This document shows, piece by piece, positions 1-15,500 of a DNA stretch of 64,000 nt (its first letter is position 1; each line of letters opens with the position of its first letter). The position numbers and the translations under genes are program-made. This DNA is from Hyphochytrium catenoides (taxonomy: Eukaryota; Protista; Hyphochytriomycota), in NCBI GenBank assembly GCA_900088475.1, contig FLMG01003853.1, forward strand, positions 23,059-87,058, read 5' to 3'. The notes under the pieces were generated by a model, which was given only the letters and a program-made list of their open reading frames with translations, searched no databases and was not told the origin of the DNA.

Positions 1-3000
1 TCCGGTGATGCTGACATTGGCACCACTGCCTGTTGCGAGAGAGCTACCTCCTACAATCTTTATAGCGCCAGCTGGACTAGATGTAGAAGTGGAGTTGCCG
101 CTAGCGATAAGGACACGACCAGAAGCACCGCTTGAGCTTCCTGACACAATTGATATGCCTCCGGAAGCCCCAACCCCTGGCACAATGCTTGAGGCAGAGG
201 ACAAGAGAATAGCACCACTATAAGCTCCCGAACCACTGGTCACCCTAACGGCTCCACCTCGTCCTAGAGGAGTTATGGAGTCTCCTGCGTTCAAATCCAG
301 ACCTGCCCCGCTTGCATCCTGCTCTACTGCGGATGAAGATCCTGCTGATAAAATAACGCGACCGGCGGTTCCAGCGGTGGACGACCCCGATCCAATGATG
401 ATATCCCCAGTACCTCCAGTCTTACTTGACCCAGAGCTCATCGTCATTCGTCCACTGCGAGAGCCTGATGCCAGCACTGAAGCGGAAGTCAGATATACGT
501 CCCCTGACTGCAAGTTGCCCATGCCGGAGGAAAACGAAAGTTGACCTCCTCTCGCAGTATTAGATTCCCCGGCATAGATTTCAACATTTGCACCGTCACC
601 ATTTCCAAAAGAAGAACCGCCTTTAATAGAAATGTTGCCAGATGATTGTCTGCTTGAACCTGAGGTCAGCTCAATGGCTCCCGAGACGCCAGTTGAGGAG
701 TCACCAGTGTGTAGAGAGATTGTACCTGAGCCAGAGCTTGCTATAGAAGGAGTACGGATAATGACGTTCCCGCTCCGTTGCTGCCCTGACGCACCAGACT
801 CAAATAACAATACTCCCCCTCTCCCACTTGAAGAAAACCCAGCTGATAAGTTGATCGCACCAGCGCTAAAAGCCCCGGCGGAACTGCCTCCCATAATGTT
901 TATAGCTCCTGCTCCTCCAAGATCGGAGCGTCCTGATCTTAACGTTAGTGGACCAGTTGATCCAGCCACGGATGAGCCCGTCTCCAATCGTAACTGACCG
1001 CTCACGCCTTTCTTGACATCCGAGGTAGCCAATATGGCAGCGCCGCTCGAGGCCTCAACCGCTGCTCCAGAAACCATTGTCAGGTTTCCACCATCAGCAG
1101 CAGTTGAGCCACCTGCCATAATGTTCACAGAACCACCGTGCGAATTTTCAGCCTTTCCTTGGCTTGACCCTGCTGTGAGTTTAATTGCCCCACCGACGCC
1201 CGAGTGACCCCTATAATCTCCTGCAGCGAGAAAGACGGCCCCTCCGTAGCTATTGTCAAAGGTGGTGCTGCCAGCTGTCAAACTGATGGTAGACCCATTG
1301 AAATTTCTCCTCATTAGTCCGGCGCTGTCAGCGTCAGTTCCGCTAGAGGCACCACCTGTTAGTACTATATCGCCCGATCTTCCCGCAGAGTTTTCACCGG
1401 AGCTTATTTGCACCATCCCGGTACTCGAACTTGGATTTCTAGCAGCTCCGCTGGACAAAACAACACGTCCACTGAAGCCGAGGTCCGACTTAGCCGTTGT
1501 AAGGCGCAGAGCTCCACTGCCGCTGTTTGGTCCCCCTGCTCCAGTCTTGATAGTAATGTCAGCCCCACTAAAGCCATTAGTAGTCGTGGATCCTCCGGCT
1601 AAAGTGATCTTCCCTGGCCTTTGGCCCGAATTGCCAGTCCCTATATTGAGGTCTCCAGATGGGCCCTTGTTTGCGCTGCCGGAAACGATGGTGATAGATC
1701 CAGTGCTGCCACTATGTGCTGAGCCGGTTGCAAGGGTGACAAAACCACTGTCTGCCGGGTTAGTAGAGGTAGGTGCTGTTGCAAGGGTGATAACACCAGT
1801 GCCACTGCGTTCACTTCTGCCACTGGAAATTTTGACACTACCACCTGGAGAGCTGAGCGCTTTCCCGCCGTGGATGATGATTGAGCCACCCTCCTCTACT
1901 GGAAATCGCGAAGCGGAATCGCCGCCCAGAAGGCTGACATCTCCACCTTTTGCGGTGGAGCCCATTCCTCCTTGTATCTGGACCATTCCACCGGGCCCCT
2001 TTGCTGAATCACCTGCCTGCATATTTATGGCCCCTCCCAGACCATTAGTTGCCACTCCGGCTAGAATGCTAACTGACCCTGACTTCGGTCCGTTAGAGGT
2101 TCCAGACGCAAGAACTAGGGGCCCACTTTCGTCCTTGAATGCAGGTCCCGTTCGTATGTGTATATATCCACTCCTACCAGTCCGTCCAGCTTCTGCAGTT
2201 TCGATTTGAATATCACCACTGGATGTTGCTTCACCCCTACCAGAGTGGAGGAATACGGAGCCACCAAAGCTTGCCTTAGAAAAACCGCCTTGGATGGTTA
2301 CGTTGCCACCAATGTTAAGCGCCTTGTTTGCACCAAGTCCATCTCCCCCTGACAGATGAAGTGACCCTCCTGAGCCACCGGCGGTTTCTGTGTTGGTGCC
2401 ACTTCCGGGCTTTATTGCTACAGAACCTCCTCGCCCGTTTTGTGATCTCGAGTCTCCTGCCATGATACGGATAGCACCTCCGAGACTAGTAGTCCCTTGG
2501 CCCACTGCCAAGGATATGTCCCCTCCATGTCCGCCAAGAGCAGGTCCAGTCTGAAAGTCCAAAGCACCACTGTTCCCAGCAGTTGTTGAACCTGTTTTGA
2601 GTAAAATAATACCACTTTCTCCCCGCCTTCCTGCGTCCTGGGTATGAAGAAGCAGGTCGCCACTGGAGGTCGCAGAAGAAAAGCCCGTGCGGATGGCTAC
2701 CCTTCCACCAAACGCATCATCAGATGTAGTTCCTGCCTCAAGAGAAATAGCTCCACCTACACCTGCATTTCCGTCCCCTACCTTAAGGTCAATGTTGCCT
2801 CCTCTGCCTCTGCTGGCTCGTCCTGTCCTGATAGTTACGGGGCCGCTATGTCCGCTTGTGGAGTTACCCGAAAAAAGCTCAATACCCCCGCTCACACCTG
2901 ATCGCCCTGCATTAGCGGTTCCCAACACTAAATCTCCGCTAGAGGAGTCAGCACCAAAGCCCGTCAAGAGCTCAATGTAACCACCCGTGCTCCGACGCGA

Positions 3001-6000
3001 CCAGCCACCGTTTATCACGACGTTACCACCTACGTCAATCCTTTCGTTGCCGCCCTGAGCTGCACCGGCAATCATGGAGATGGACCCGCCATTACCGCCA
3101 TCGGCGTAGTAGGTACTGGTACCCTCTCCGGCTGCGATGACGACATCACCCCCTTTCTGCTGCTTCTCACTCGTGTGTCCAGCTTGAAGAGCGATATCGC
3201 CGCCATCACCCTTCCTACCGGTACCAACGTGGATAGATATTCCACCACCAGCTCCTTCATAAGCTGCACCCGACAACATAGAGATGGTGCCGGAGTCTCC
3301 TTTTGTGGCGGTTCCTGTGATGATAGATACAGCGCCACTGACCCCTCCTTCTCCTGATGATGCTGTAGCGAAAGTTATGTCACCGCTGGAAGTCTGGGTA
3401 CTATGTCCTGATAGCAATTTTATGGAACCTCCTTTGGCTACATCTGTTGTGGATCCTGCCGTTATTGAGACCGAGCCACCATCACCAAGGCTGCCACCTC
3501 CCACCAAGACAGATATTCCTCCACCTGCTCCACCACTAGACTCACCGGTCTCGATTCTGAGGTTGCCGGAGTCACCAAGCGCTGCGCTGCCCGATGCTAG
3601 TGTGACGCTGCCACTAGCTCCATGCTGGCCTGAGTCGGCCGATGAAAATTTAATAGATCCACTGGAAGCCAGGGCAGAGGATCCTGAACTGATTCTGACT
3701 GAGCCACTGGACCCCAACCTGGCTCGTCCTCCTTCTATGTGCACTTCCCCACCGCTGTCAAAGCGGCTTTCTCCTTCGGCGACACCACCTGTAATTTTGA
3801 CGTTGCCGCCATTTCCGCCATCTACAGAATTCTGGCTCAAACCATCACCTCCACTAATGCTTACCAAACCCCCCATTTTCCCGGCTGACAGAGTATTGCC
3901 AGCCTTTATAGCCAGTACACCACCATTTCCATAGTCACCAGTCCCCACCTCAACCTGTATTTTGCCACCCGAGCCATCCCCTGATGTCCCTGTAGTCATC
4001 CGTATGCCACCACTCGTACCATGCTGGGACTTGCCGGTCGCAACATCAATTCGACCACTAGCGCCGTTCATGCCCGGTTCTCCTGTGGTGACGGCTATTG
4101 ATCCGCTGAGACCCTCAGCGCTGTCACCAGACGCCAAAAGCACACTGCCACCGACGCCTGTTGCAGCAGAGCCAGCCTTCAAGGTCAGCTTGCCACCAAG
4201 ATCACGAAAAGAGTTGCCAGCACTAGAGCCTGCAACAACGAGGACATCACCACCATCTCCGCCATTCTCATTATCTGTATTAACCCCTTGGCCTGCTGAT
4301 AAGTAAATAGCTCCCCCTTTCGAGGCTGCACCTTGAGCAGCACCAGGTACGAGCAAGATACCTCCAGCATCACCATTGACGCTCTCCCCAGTCGCAAGTA
4401 CAACTTGTCCACTCGGACCCGCAATAGCATCTCCGGTTTTCAGCCGCACCTCTCCTGTGTGTGTTGTGGAAGAGGAGCCAGTGGCCATAAAAATGTCACC
4501 GCTTTGCCCAAAGCTCCCCGCGTCATCTGTTACCACTCTCACGGCTCCTGAGGATTCATCTGTTGAACGCCCAGAGCTGAGTACAATATCTCCACCTCTT
4601 GAGGTCCGGGAAAATCCGGCACTCAGTAAGACAGAGCCGGCGTAAGGGTTACCCTCTCCAGCCCGGAGGTAGATGTTTCCTCCGCTTCCGTTATCTGAAG
4701 TAGGAACGGTGGATCCTGCTTGGAGAATTATTGCGCCACCCCAACCCGTGCCTAGGCTATCTGAAGATCCTCCCGTGATGGAGACCTCTCCCCCTCCATT
4801 TTGTTGGGACTTTCCAGCCACCAGAGCAACATCTCCTCCCGTCTGACTGGCATCGCCTACCAAGAGTTTAATCGATCCTGACGCTGCACTTTCGGTTCTA
4901 CCTGTACCGACGGTAACAGCACCAGAACTCCCATTTGACGAATCACCAGTCTTCAGGTCCAAAGTGCCAGACCCTCCGGCTGTTAATATTCCTGACGTGG
5001 CAGTACCTAAAAAGATGGCCCCAGAGGTGGCTCCTCGACTTGATCCAGACCTTAATGTGATTTTCCCTCCAACCTCAGTCCCTGCATGACCGCCCTCTAA
5101 TAGCAACAGACCGACTTCACCAGACTTGAAAGAGCTACCGGTGGACAGAATAATGCTACCGGAGACTCCCTTCTCAGTAATCCCTGTGGCAAAACGGAGG
5201 TCCCCACTCTGGGCAGCCTCTGTGCTGCCTGTTCCCAAGATAATCGCCCCAGTCATTCCACCAGAAGCCTCGTAGGTTGTGAGCCTTATATCCCCGCTGG
5301 ATGTGGGGCCTGCGCCGCTTCGTAGAGTCATGTGTCCTCCCCTTCCTAGATTGGAAGACCCCCCGATCAGAACAAGCTCGCCTCCAGTTCCGTTTGGATC
5401 GTTGGCGTTACCACTAGCGAGGGTAAGAATACCACCTGCTAACAACCCCGATCCAGCAATAATGGAAATTTCGCCACCGGAGCCTTCACGCTGACGTGAG
5501 GAGCCCGACAGAAATTGGAGACCTCCGGCTTTGTGACTGGCTTCACCTGCCGAGATCAGTACGCTTCCACTATCACCCTTGAGCGCCGGACCCGTGGAAA
5601 GGAGGAGGTCTCCCGAACTTCCCGCTTGTGCCTTGCCACTGGCAAGATAAATAGGCCCACTATCCGCCCCCTCAGGGCCAGTGCCACCCCCGGCAGAGGT
5701 TATTGAAACTGGTCCAGAGGAGCGTCCATTGTCAGCACCCTTCCCAGAGGATATTGAAAGGATACCTCCATCGCTTACAGCTGAGTTACCAGCCGAAAGG
5801 AGCAGTTTGCCCGCCACATCGGCATGGCTGGTTCCCACCGTCAGCTCAATGTCCCCGGCAGAGCCACCCTCAAGCGCAGAACCCGTTCTAAGGGTTATTG
5901 CGCCACTTCCACCAAAATGGGATAGGCCTGTTTGGAGCTCGATGCTACCACTTTGACCATCTATTCCTGGTGATGCAGTTCTCAGCCCTAATTTGCCACT

Positions 6001-7239
6001 TGATTGTGTGCCACTACCGCCACTTTCAAGTTCAAGGCTTCCCCCGACCCCCTGTGAAGAGGAGCCGCCCATCAGGGTGACAGTTCCTCCCACTCCGTCA
6101 ACAGCCTTTCCTGCCTTGAGAGTAATGCTGCCTCCGTCTCCCAAGTTCGACGTGGCAGCGATGCTGCCTGCAGCAGTGCCAGAACCGTCCCCTGCAGCGA
6201 TGATCACCGATCCACCGCTACCACCCTGGGGATTGGGGTTACTGCCAGCCAGCAAGGAAATCTGTCTGCCAGGGCGATGAGGTGCTACGTCGTCCGAGGC
6301 GCGAAGGAGCACATCTTTTGCTGATCTTACTGCAAATCCGTCCCTGTCGCTCTTCATTTCAAAGCTTACGGATCCTGCCATCCCTTTACGTAGAAAAGAA
6401 GGACAAGTTAGATACTGTCAGCCGAGGGGCAGATGAGGGCCAAACCTTCTTGAACAAGTTCACCTCCCTCACCAAAAGCAGGATCGGGTGTGATACGAAT
6501 CTTCCCTGTGATGTCCCGTACTGAAGAGAAAGTTGAAAGAAAAAGCAATGTTAGACCTATCCTATCCTTCTAACTCTCCCGAAACTACTGGTAAGGGGTG
6601 CATCAATTTGAAATACCTTCTAGGAAGGAGGTAGGACAGGGGCCGTCAAACACAAGGCCATCGCAGTCGGAAGAGTAAGCAGCGCTGATAGTGAGGCAAG
6701 ACTTGGAAGTGGCACACCAAGCGCAGTCCTCAGCCGTAGCGCACGTATCGCATGAAGAGTACTGGCTACAGTCGGGAATGACTAATGACAGATGCCCTTG
6801 AAGTTAGATATCTGCTCCGGCAACCGCTTGCCACTCAGCATCGGGAGGATACTTACCTGGACACTGGTTTGCCCCATAAAACCACTCTGCACAAGGACTT
6901 CCTGTATTTTCTGGTCCTTCCACGGTTCCTTGCATGCAGGTTAGAGTTGAGTGACAAAATCCGCAGCCGGGTGTCGCAAGACAAGGTATGCATGCCTTTA
7001 CGTCTTGCCTGAAAATAATTAGGAATACGGCAAAAAGTGAAGTCAATCCATGACCAAACCACAATGGGTATTTTTTTTTGATCTGACCAGTAGTCCCCGT
7101 TAGACGTAGCACTGTTTAAGAGCTCGCATGTGACAGATTTATTGGAGCCAGAGCTGGACTGTGATGCTGCAGGGAAAGTTAGAACGAATGCCTGCAAAGA
7201 GAGGAGCGCTGAAGCGCTCAGGCTTAACGAGGGCCACAT
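1..7239 (-). CDS. Giant secreted protein: signal peptide, two PSI-like Cys-rich domains, then >2,100 aa of Gly/Ser-rich ~14-15-residue repeats (GGxIxLxAG); 3' end lies outside the window
   Basis: Exons 7239-7088, 7008-6857, 6781-6617, 6520-6464 and 6383-<1 are joined by phase-compatible GT-AG introns. They give MWPSLSLSASALLSLQAFVLTFPAAS (signal), CIPCLATPGCGFCHSTLTC and CSQYSSCDTCATAEDCAWCATSKSC (PSI-like), then GGSVIIAAGDGSG/GGSITLKAGKAVDG repeats. The same frame reads KIVGGSSLATGSGANVSITG at positions 60-1. The ORF track lists nothing in this frame, consistent with no stop before the edge. Confidence 0.88.
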
Positions 7240-9576
7240 GGCCTCGCTGTCGATCTGCGATGCACTCAGACTGGCTTGACCATCCACAGTCAGCGCTCCC
7301 TTTGCCAATAGCCCCTTGCCTTTTTTAAACCTGCCACATCAAACAGAAACCTTGTTGAGGAAAGATGAGTAAATTGTGCAAGTCGACCTTTTCTAAGAGC
7401 TCTCTGTCAGCTTTCTTATTGCCGGTAAGCCCTTCAAGATCTGAAAATTGGAACTGGATGGCCAAAGTCCCAGCGCCAGGTGAGGCGGCCCGCAATCTAA
7501 TAATGTGTGCCGTCCTTTGCCTATATGCAGTTGCTTATTCCTCTCAGTAATTTGTCAATCTCTCGACGAGACGACAAAGTAGCTTGGGATGGCAGCAGCG
7601 GCGATGACAGCGTTCGCTATGTGGATGGATCAGCGCCAGCGCGTCGGAGCTACGGTCTTAGCGAGCATACGTGTATCAAGGCTAGAAGAGCCAACGGCTA
7701 GGTTCAATTGGAAGCACATTGCTTCACTGTTATAATATAGGAGTCTTGTTCGGCTTATCTTCAAAAGGTAGAAGCCAGAGCTGCATTCTACATCCTTTCG
7801 CGCCACCTGGTTCTGTTCCAAGACGTGATCGAAAGAATATTTGGTTTTCAGAACTTTATCTAGATCCAACTATGGCCTTAGAACTTCAATTTCCATACAT
7901 TTTACACTTCATCATCTGATTCTGGCCTTCAAGCTCTGTCCCAATCGAGGTCATAAAACAGTTCTGCCACAGAATCTTGTCTGGATCATGTTTAGAATTC
8001 AACAGCTAGTTTTTCGGTACCTGTTTCATCATATTCCCAATAGGTGCGCCTCAGAGGAAACTTCAATCACAGCCGTCTATGTGCAGAGTAGAACACACAG
8101 GACTCGACTACTACAGTACAAACCCACACTTACGTCCTAACTGTACTGTAGGAACTACCTGCTCTTCGCATGTACCGACGTAGAAAACACTGGGGGATTC
8201 TGTAGAGGATCCTGGAAGGATATGTGCTGTAGCAAGAAAATACACCTTTGTGGTTGCGTTGTACAAGTTTACTACTTCTCGAGGACTAAGCCTTACTACT
8301 AGCCTACTTGTGGTAGAACTAAAGGCTTTTCATAGTAACTTGTACTTGGTCCAGAACTAAAAGCACTGTAAACAGTGCTAATCTTGCAAATATTTTTGCA
8401 AACTCGGACTTACTTACCAGAACTGTTAGTGCCTAGGACGTGGTCTACTCTGTACTGTAATGAAGAGCACAAGCATGACCATGAGCACCATTGTTCTGGT
8501 TCTTCGTGTTCGAAGTTGCTGGGCAGTCAGTACAGTTGGCAGATCTCTGAGGAGGTAGTCGTACAAGTACAGCTACACCGACTCACACTACTAATCTGCA
8601 GTTCCTACAAAGATAATAAGTAAAACCATTGTACAGTACCTACTTACTATTACGAGCCATCAGTTCTATCATGCTGTGACGTACGCGTGGGGCCACTTGT
8701 AGCTCTACTACTCTGTAGCCCAGTGCTTGTACAACTACCTCCGCCCAGCCCCAAGTATAAGTAGATATCTATCGACGCCAGACTTTTCTCCTAGCAGGTT
8801 AGATTGAATCCTTTTGGCGGGAGATTTGCGCGGCAAATGTCAATGATGATAACGACGGCAAGCAGTAGTGGAAGAGTCTCTCTTTACCAGGCCACTTCTC
8901 TTAGAAGCCCGTTCTTCCAACTCCTTCCTTCTCCTCCTCCTTTCCCTCCGGCAATGCTTGCAGGTGAAGGTATTCAGTTCAGGAAGAGTTGGGTCACCAT
9001 CTTCCAGGACGGGGGCGGTGATGGCCAGCGGGAGGACGGGTGGAGTGCCTCTGAGGCTGTTGAGGGCTGACAGATGGCGCATTTTGATCGTCATTGAATT
9101 GTATATTATTTTTATGTCAGGGCGCCGGAAGTATTGTTGCCAAGGGGCACATCTTCACGCTGCCATAGAAGTGCACAACAGCTTGCACAACGATGAAGTT
9201 GTAAAGCGAAGAGGGAACAGGAGATAGACGAAGGATGGTAGATCATAGGATTACAGTATGTGCGCAAGCTAACCGCAACAATGATGTGGACATCAATCAG
9301 TGGAGGGCCGTAGCTGACCGGCAGCGAGCCAATACGGTCCCTGACAAAGGAGGGTGCTCATTCGCTTGTAGGGGTGGTAGTAAGTACTAGCGAGTGCGTC
9401 GAGTATATACTAATGTGACGGGTAGCATGACTAAAGAGCACCAAAGGCCACTCTCAGATTACGGAAACAAGTATCCGAGTACAACTATTGATTTTCCTCA
9501 GGAGTAATGGCAGGTAAAAGACGAACCTCCACATATCCGAAGGGAGTCGGGCTCCTCGTCCAGGATCAACAAGCGC

Positions 9577-11276
<1,700 letters not shown>

Positions 11277-12547
11277 TCAAGAGATCGTCTGGTGAAGAAT
11301 AATGACGATCACGCTTCGCTGAGTACTTGAGCTGATGCAAGGCGGTGATAATAGTAGCTGGGGTGGTGGTGACAAGTCGTGGGCTTCATTCGTTGATCCT
11401 TATCTTCAGAAGACTGGTAGTTCCTCGTAGTGCACGGTAATAATGACAGACTTTCTCGAGTCATAGTTCTACTGAGTCCAGACAGGATCTCATGGAACCG
11501 CTGGCATGGAAAATGGAAGTGGAGCCTGGTACTGTCCTGTAAGTACTTGCTCGAGGTCCAAGTACTAGTAAACAGTGTCCCTGTATCCATCAAGATTCAG
11601 CATAAATAAGTATTTTACCACGTTTGATTGTACTTGTTCAGCGTTAGAGGACTTGGTACTTGTTCGCGGCACCAAATCTATTTGTGATTTGTAACTAACT
11701 TCTTTCCCTTCCTTTCACCAAGAGCCGCGGCATGATGGCAGTAAGCGGCGCCGCTGTCTGACAACTGATCGCAGGGTTACCGGCGAGTCAGACAGGTCAC
11801 CAGGGACTACAGAGAGGAAGAAATGCTGCGCATGCTAGTGATAAAGGCTCACTGATTATGTTCTCCGAGTACATCGGACTTATTAGAATGAAGACTGACT
11901 ATCAAAATATCTCACGGCCAGCAAGGAGAAAGAGGCGGACAAAGAGAGCACCACCCAAGAAGGGTGATTTTGATCAGACCAACCCTTCCACAGAAAAGCA
12001 TCAGATCAGAAGTGGGGAGAGTGTTGCTGGACTAGAGCCGAGAAAGGTTGCAGCACTGAACGCTGTGCGTTCCATTCCCGCAGCCATTGGTAAGTGTTCA
12101 AAGCACGGTGCTGCAAGTTCTGGCAGAATATCGACGGCGATGATCTAACCGCCATCATCCGGTCATTCTCGATGCTTACCACTATCCATACCGCTGCTCG
12201 CTGTGCCATCTTCAGCTCCTCATTGGGATAGCCGCGGTCGAAGGAATGCCATACCAAGCACGTCCTCCTTGTCCGCGCTATTGGCTGAGGTGCGATCTTC
12301 GCGAAGGCGTTTACTTTTCCTGCTCCCAAGCACGCACTAACTCGAGTCGACGCTCGCACTTCCCAGCGGGCAGAGCAGGCCTTAGCAAATATAACAATAG
12401 GCAGCCCACCCGATACACCAGAGTGCAACAGTCGGTGACCCTAAGGTGTTAAAATAAGTAGCAGACCTCTTCGAGGTGCTGCTGGCGCCAGAACACGCGC
12501 TGCTTCTATCCATGTGGCGATTGAGACGGTCCGTTCAGCAAGCTGAA

Positions 12548-15500
12548 TTACTTGTCCCATCGAGCGATGACAGATGACTCTCTGTCATCGTCATATTTTA
12601 TCACCTGCCATTCAGGGCCCAATCAGTGCTTCTTTCGTATCGGTACATTTTGAGCAAACAAGGAAACGCCGCTGAAGAAGTTGGCTCTGCCGTCTTAGCG
12701 ATGAAATAAGGAATGGAAGAACACCTACAACCCCAAGCTCCTTTACCTGTGACTCCAGCAAATGTCCGTGGGTGCCCTCCTGCTCGTCTTCCTCTTTTTC
12801 AAACTGCTTCGTGATAGATAGAATGGTGTTCACTATGCCTTTTTTTGCTTTCGGCCGCTTGGGCACACGCTTCTGAGCATTTCTTTCAGGTCGTGATAGA
12901 CGTCGTTTCGTTCTTCCCATAGACTAACGTAACATAGCAGCCGCGATGTCAGTGGAGTTACCAGCGTAGGAGTCTGACAACGAGGCTATAACAGTTGGAG
13001 AAGAACATACAAAGCCGCACAAACAGAACAACAACACCATGCCCCAAATGGCTTGAACGACTTCCACGGGAATACATGGCCACTTCTTACCAAAGAGAGA
13101 CTGTCTGCACTATCCTCATCCTCAGAATCAAACAGGAGGCAGTCCATCTAGGAAGCAGGCATTTTCGTTAGTGAACCATGAAGAGAATAATCTTATGCAT
13201 AAGGAGTCAGGCGCGAACCCATCCGAACACTTTCGTCACCTTCTTGACCTCACTTCTTTCCTTGTTGGGATGAGCTCCTGTGGGTCCCTCCTTATTTGGA
13301 TCTGATGGTGTGAGGACTGAATGCTTGAAGAGCTCAGGATCAAATCGGAACGGGTCAGATGTTGTCCCGGATTTAAGCTTCACCGTCGTGATTTCATTCT
13401 CTTTCTCTGTCAATGGGTCCTTTGCATCCACTTCCCGGGATTGATTAGACTGACAGTGCGACCCGCTCTTCTTGAGAGGCTCCGCTTTACTGAGTAGTGG
13501 AGTGAGGCTACTTTCCTCTTTTCTTAAGTCAGCACATTTCAAAGCTTCCGGCTCTTCATTATGATGCGTTTTCGCATTCTGAAAGTGCTGTGGTGAAGTG
13601 GCAGCCACGACCTTCTGGGCTTCAGTTTGGTTTTCCGTATCTGTGTGGGCTAATTTTTTGAGTGTGTCATTCATCTTGCCTTTTAGCCCAAAGTCCTGCT
13701 GCTCCAGACCGGTCCCATTAGGGTTGCTCTGCTGCGTTCGCGCGTCATTGTTGTTGATCTTAATGGCCTGAGCCAGGCTTCCTGTCTCCTGCCCGTTAGT
13801 GCTCAGATCCTCGCTATTCTGAAAGTCTGGAGAGTACTTTCCCTCTTGCTGTATAGATCCACTTGTTTGCTCCGCGGGCAAAGCGTTGCACGGAGGGGAA
13901 GGTAGGAGGTCTGATAGAGCGAATTGCTGGTCGTATTCCGGCTTGTACGTCGAGGTCTTCATTATTTCTACCAGCCATTCTGCAGTCACCACTGGGACGT
14001 TCCACCGTTGTGCCATTTCGTACTTCCTGCTCCATCCAGGGCACCGCGAGAGCAGGTGTGTATTCCTTCCTAGAGCAAATGTCTCGTCCACGACGATGCC
14101 CAGACATGAAGCAATGGTGGAGATGGCGCATTTGTCCTCCTTTTTGTGGAAGCGGGTAAGACAGATACGTAGAGAGAGTCCATCAACAGTCCTCAAAGGA
14201 CCAGGAAGGGAACGGAAGAGTTGGTGGGCTTTGGCTCTCAGGGTGCTCCTCGCCTACGTAAGAAGGTCAGACAGCAAGCATCAAAGGTAGGAGGGAAGAA
14301 CTTGAGATGATGCGCTCGACTGAGGGTTGAAGATGAGCACCAAACTAAACATCGTCTGTCATGCCAAAGCAATCTAGAAGTGCAATGCCTTGCCATTGGG
14401 TTACAGACGCACCAGCAGACAAGCCTTCAACCATACTTCACTGACAACATCCGCTCGCGGAAACTTCTTTGCAAATTGGTCTTGTATTGTTCTGGTAAAA
14501 GTTGAGGTGGAGAGAACCAATACATGGGTTACTTGAGGAAACGTTTGTCCTTCTTCCTCTTGATCCGTCTTCTTGAGCCAGCAGCGCCCGCCGTTCGCCA
14601 GGATTGCCGACCGAATATGAGTCATCTGCTCAATCAAAAGGAGTGAGGGGTGGTGAGCTCGTAGGATTTAGCGATTCGTCGCCTGACAAATGCCAACGAA
14701 CACCATACGGAAGGTAGGGCCAACCATTTACTTTTTTCGATGTCCTGGTTAACTTGGAGAGCCTGATCATAATCGTTCTTACATGCCGTTGGTGCCCTTG
14801 CAAATGGGTCACAAAAATAAGAAGACCTTCAAAGACCCCTGATCCTCGGCTTCCCTTGCAGTCCTTTGGATCCTGCTCGGTATCGTCCAATTCGGCCTTC
14901 CTTACACGCAGGGGTAAGGCCCCTGATGCATCAGTGCCTCTTTCCACTTTCGGCAGGTGTGTTACAAGGCTTGTATTCATCACTGAACGACGGCAGATAT
15001 AACATCAGAAGTGAGGAGCAGTCGTTTAGGAGCCTGAAAACAGCCAGCATGATAATATAAAAAGTAGCTTATGGCTTAGAAGCGATTGCGTCATATTCAC
15101 AGCAGGATGATCAGGTCGATCTGACAAGCTTTGATATAAAAACTGTGGTTAAAGAGGTCCTTGACGACCTTACCCCTGTTGAACCTAGGCGGATAATCTG
15201 CTGCATCCTGGACCGCCTGTTTGAGGCAACACTGTACCAGCCATTTTGCTGAGACCACGCTGACCTCGGAGCTGCAAGAACTTAACAGCCTCTTCGCACT
15301 GAGCAAAGTGAGCAATGCTTGTCAGAGTGCTTGTCAGGGAGCCACTTTAAAAAGCTTCGTCAACTGTAAAACCCATTACTGATAATATGATCACTGGAAG
15401 TGTCCAATCTATGGAATAGGATAACTTGGAAAGGATAGTGGCAAATGCATCGAGTCTAAGAACGGATAGCAAGATCTTCACATTTCAGAGACCTGGCACT

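Noticed and set aside
5-6280. Many Pro-rich + strand ORFs
   Set aside because: They are antisense shadows of the Gly-rich (GGN) minus-strand giant exon, all in one register and broken by stops.
8840-9094. Small basic ORF with a CKHC motif and a possible splice donor
   Set aside because: No recognisable family or downstream exon; insufficient support.
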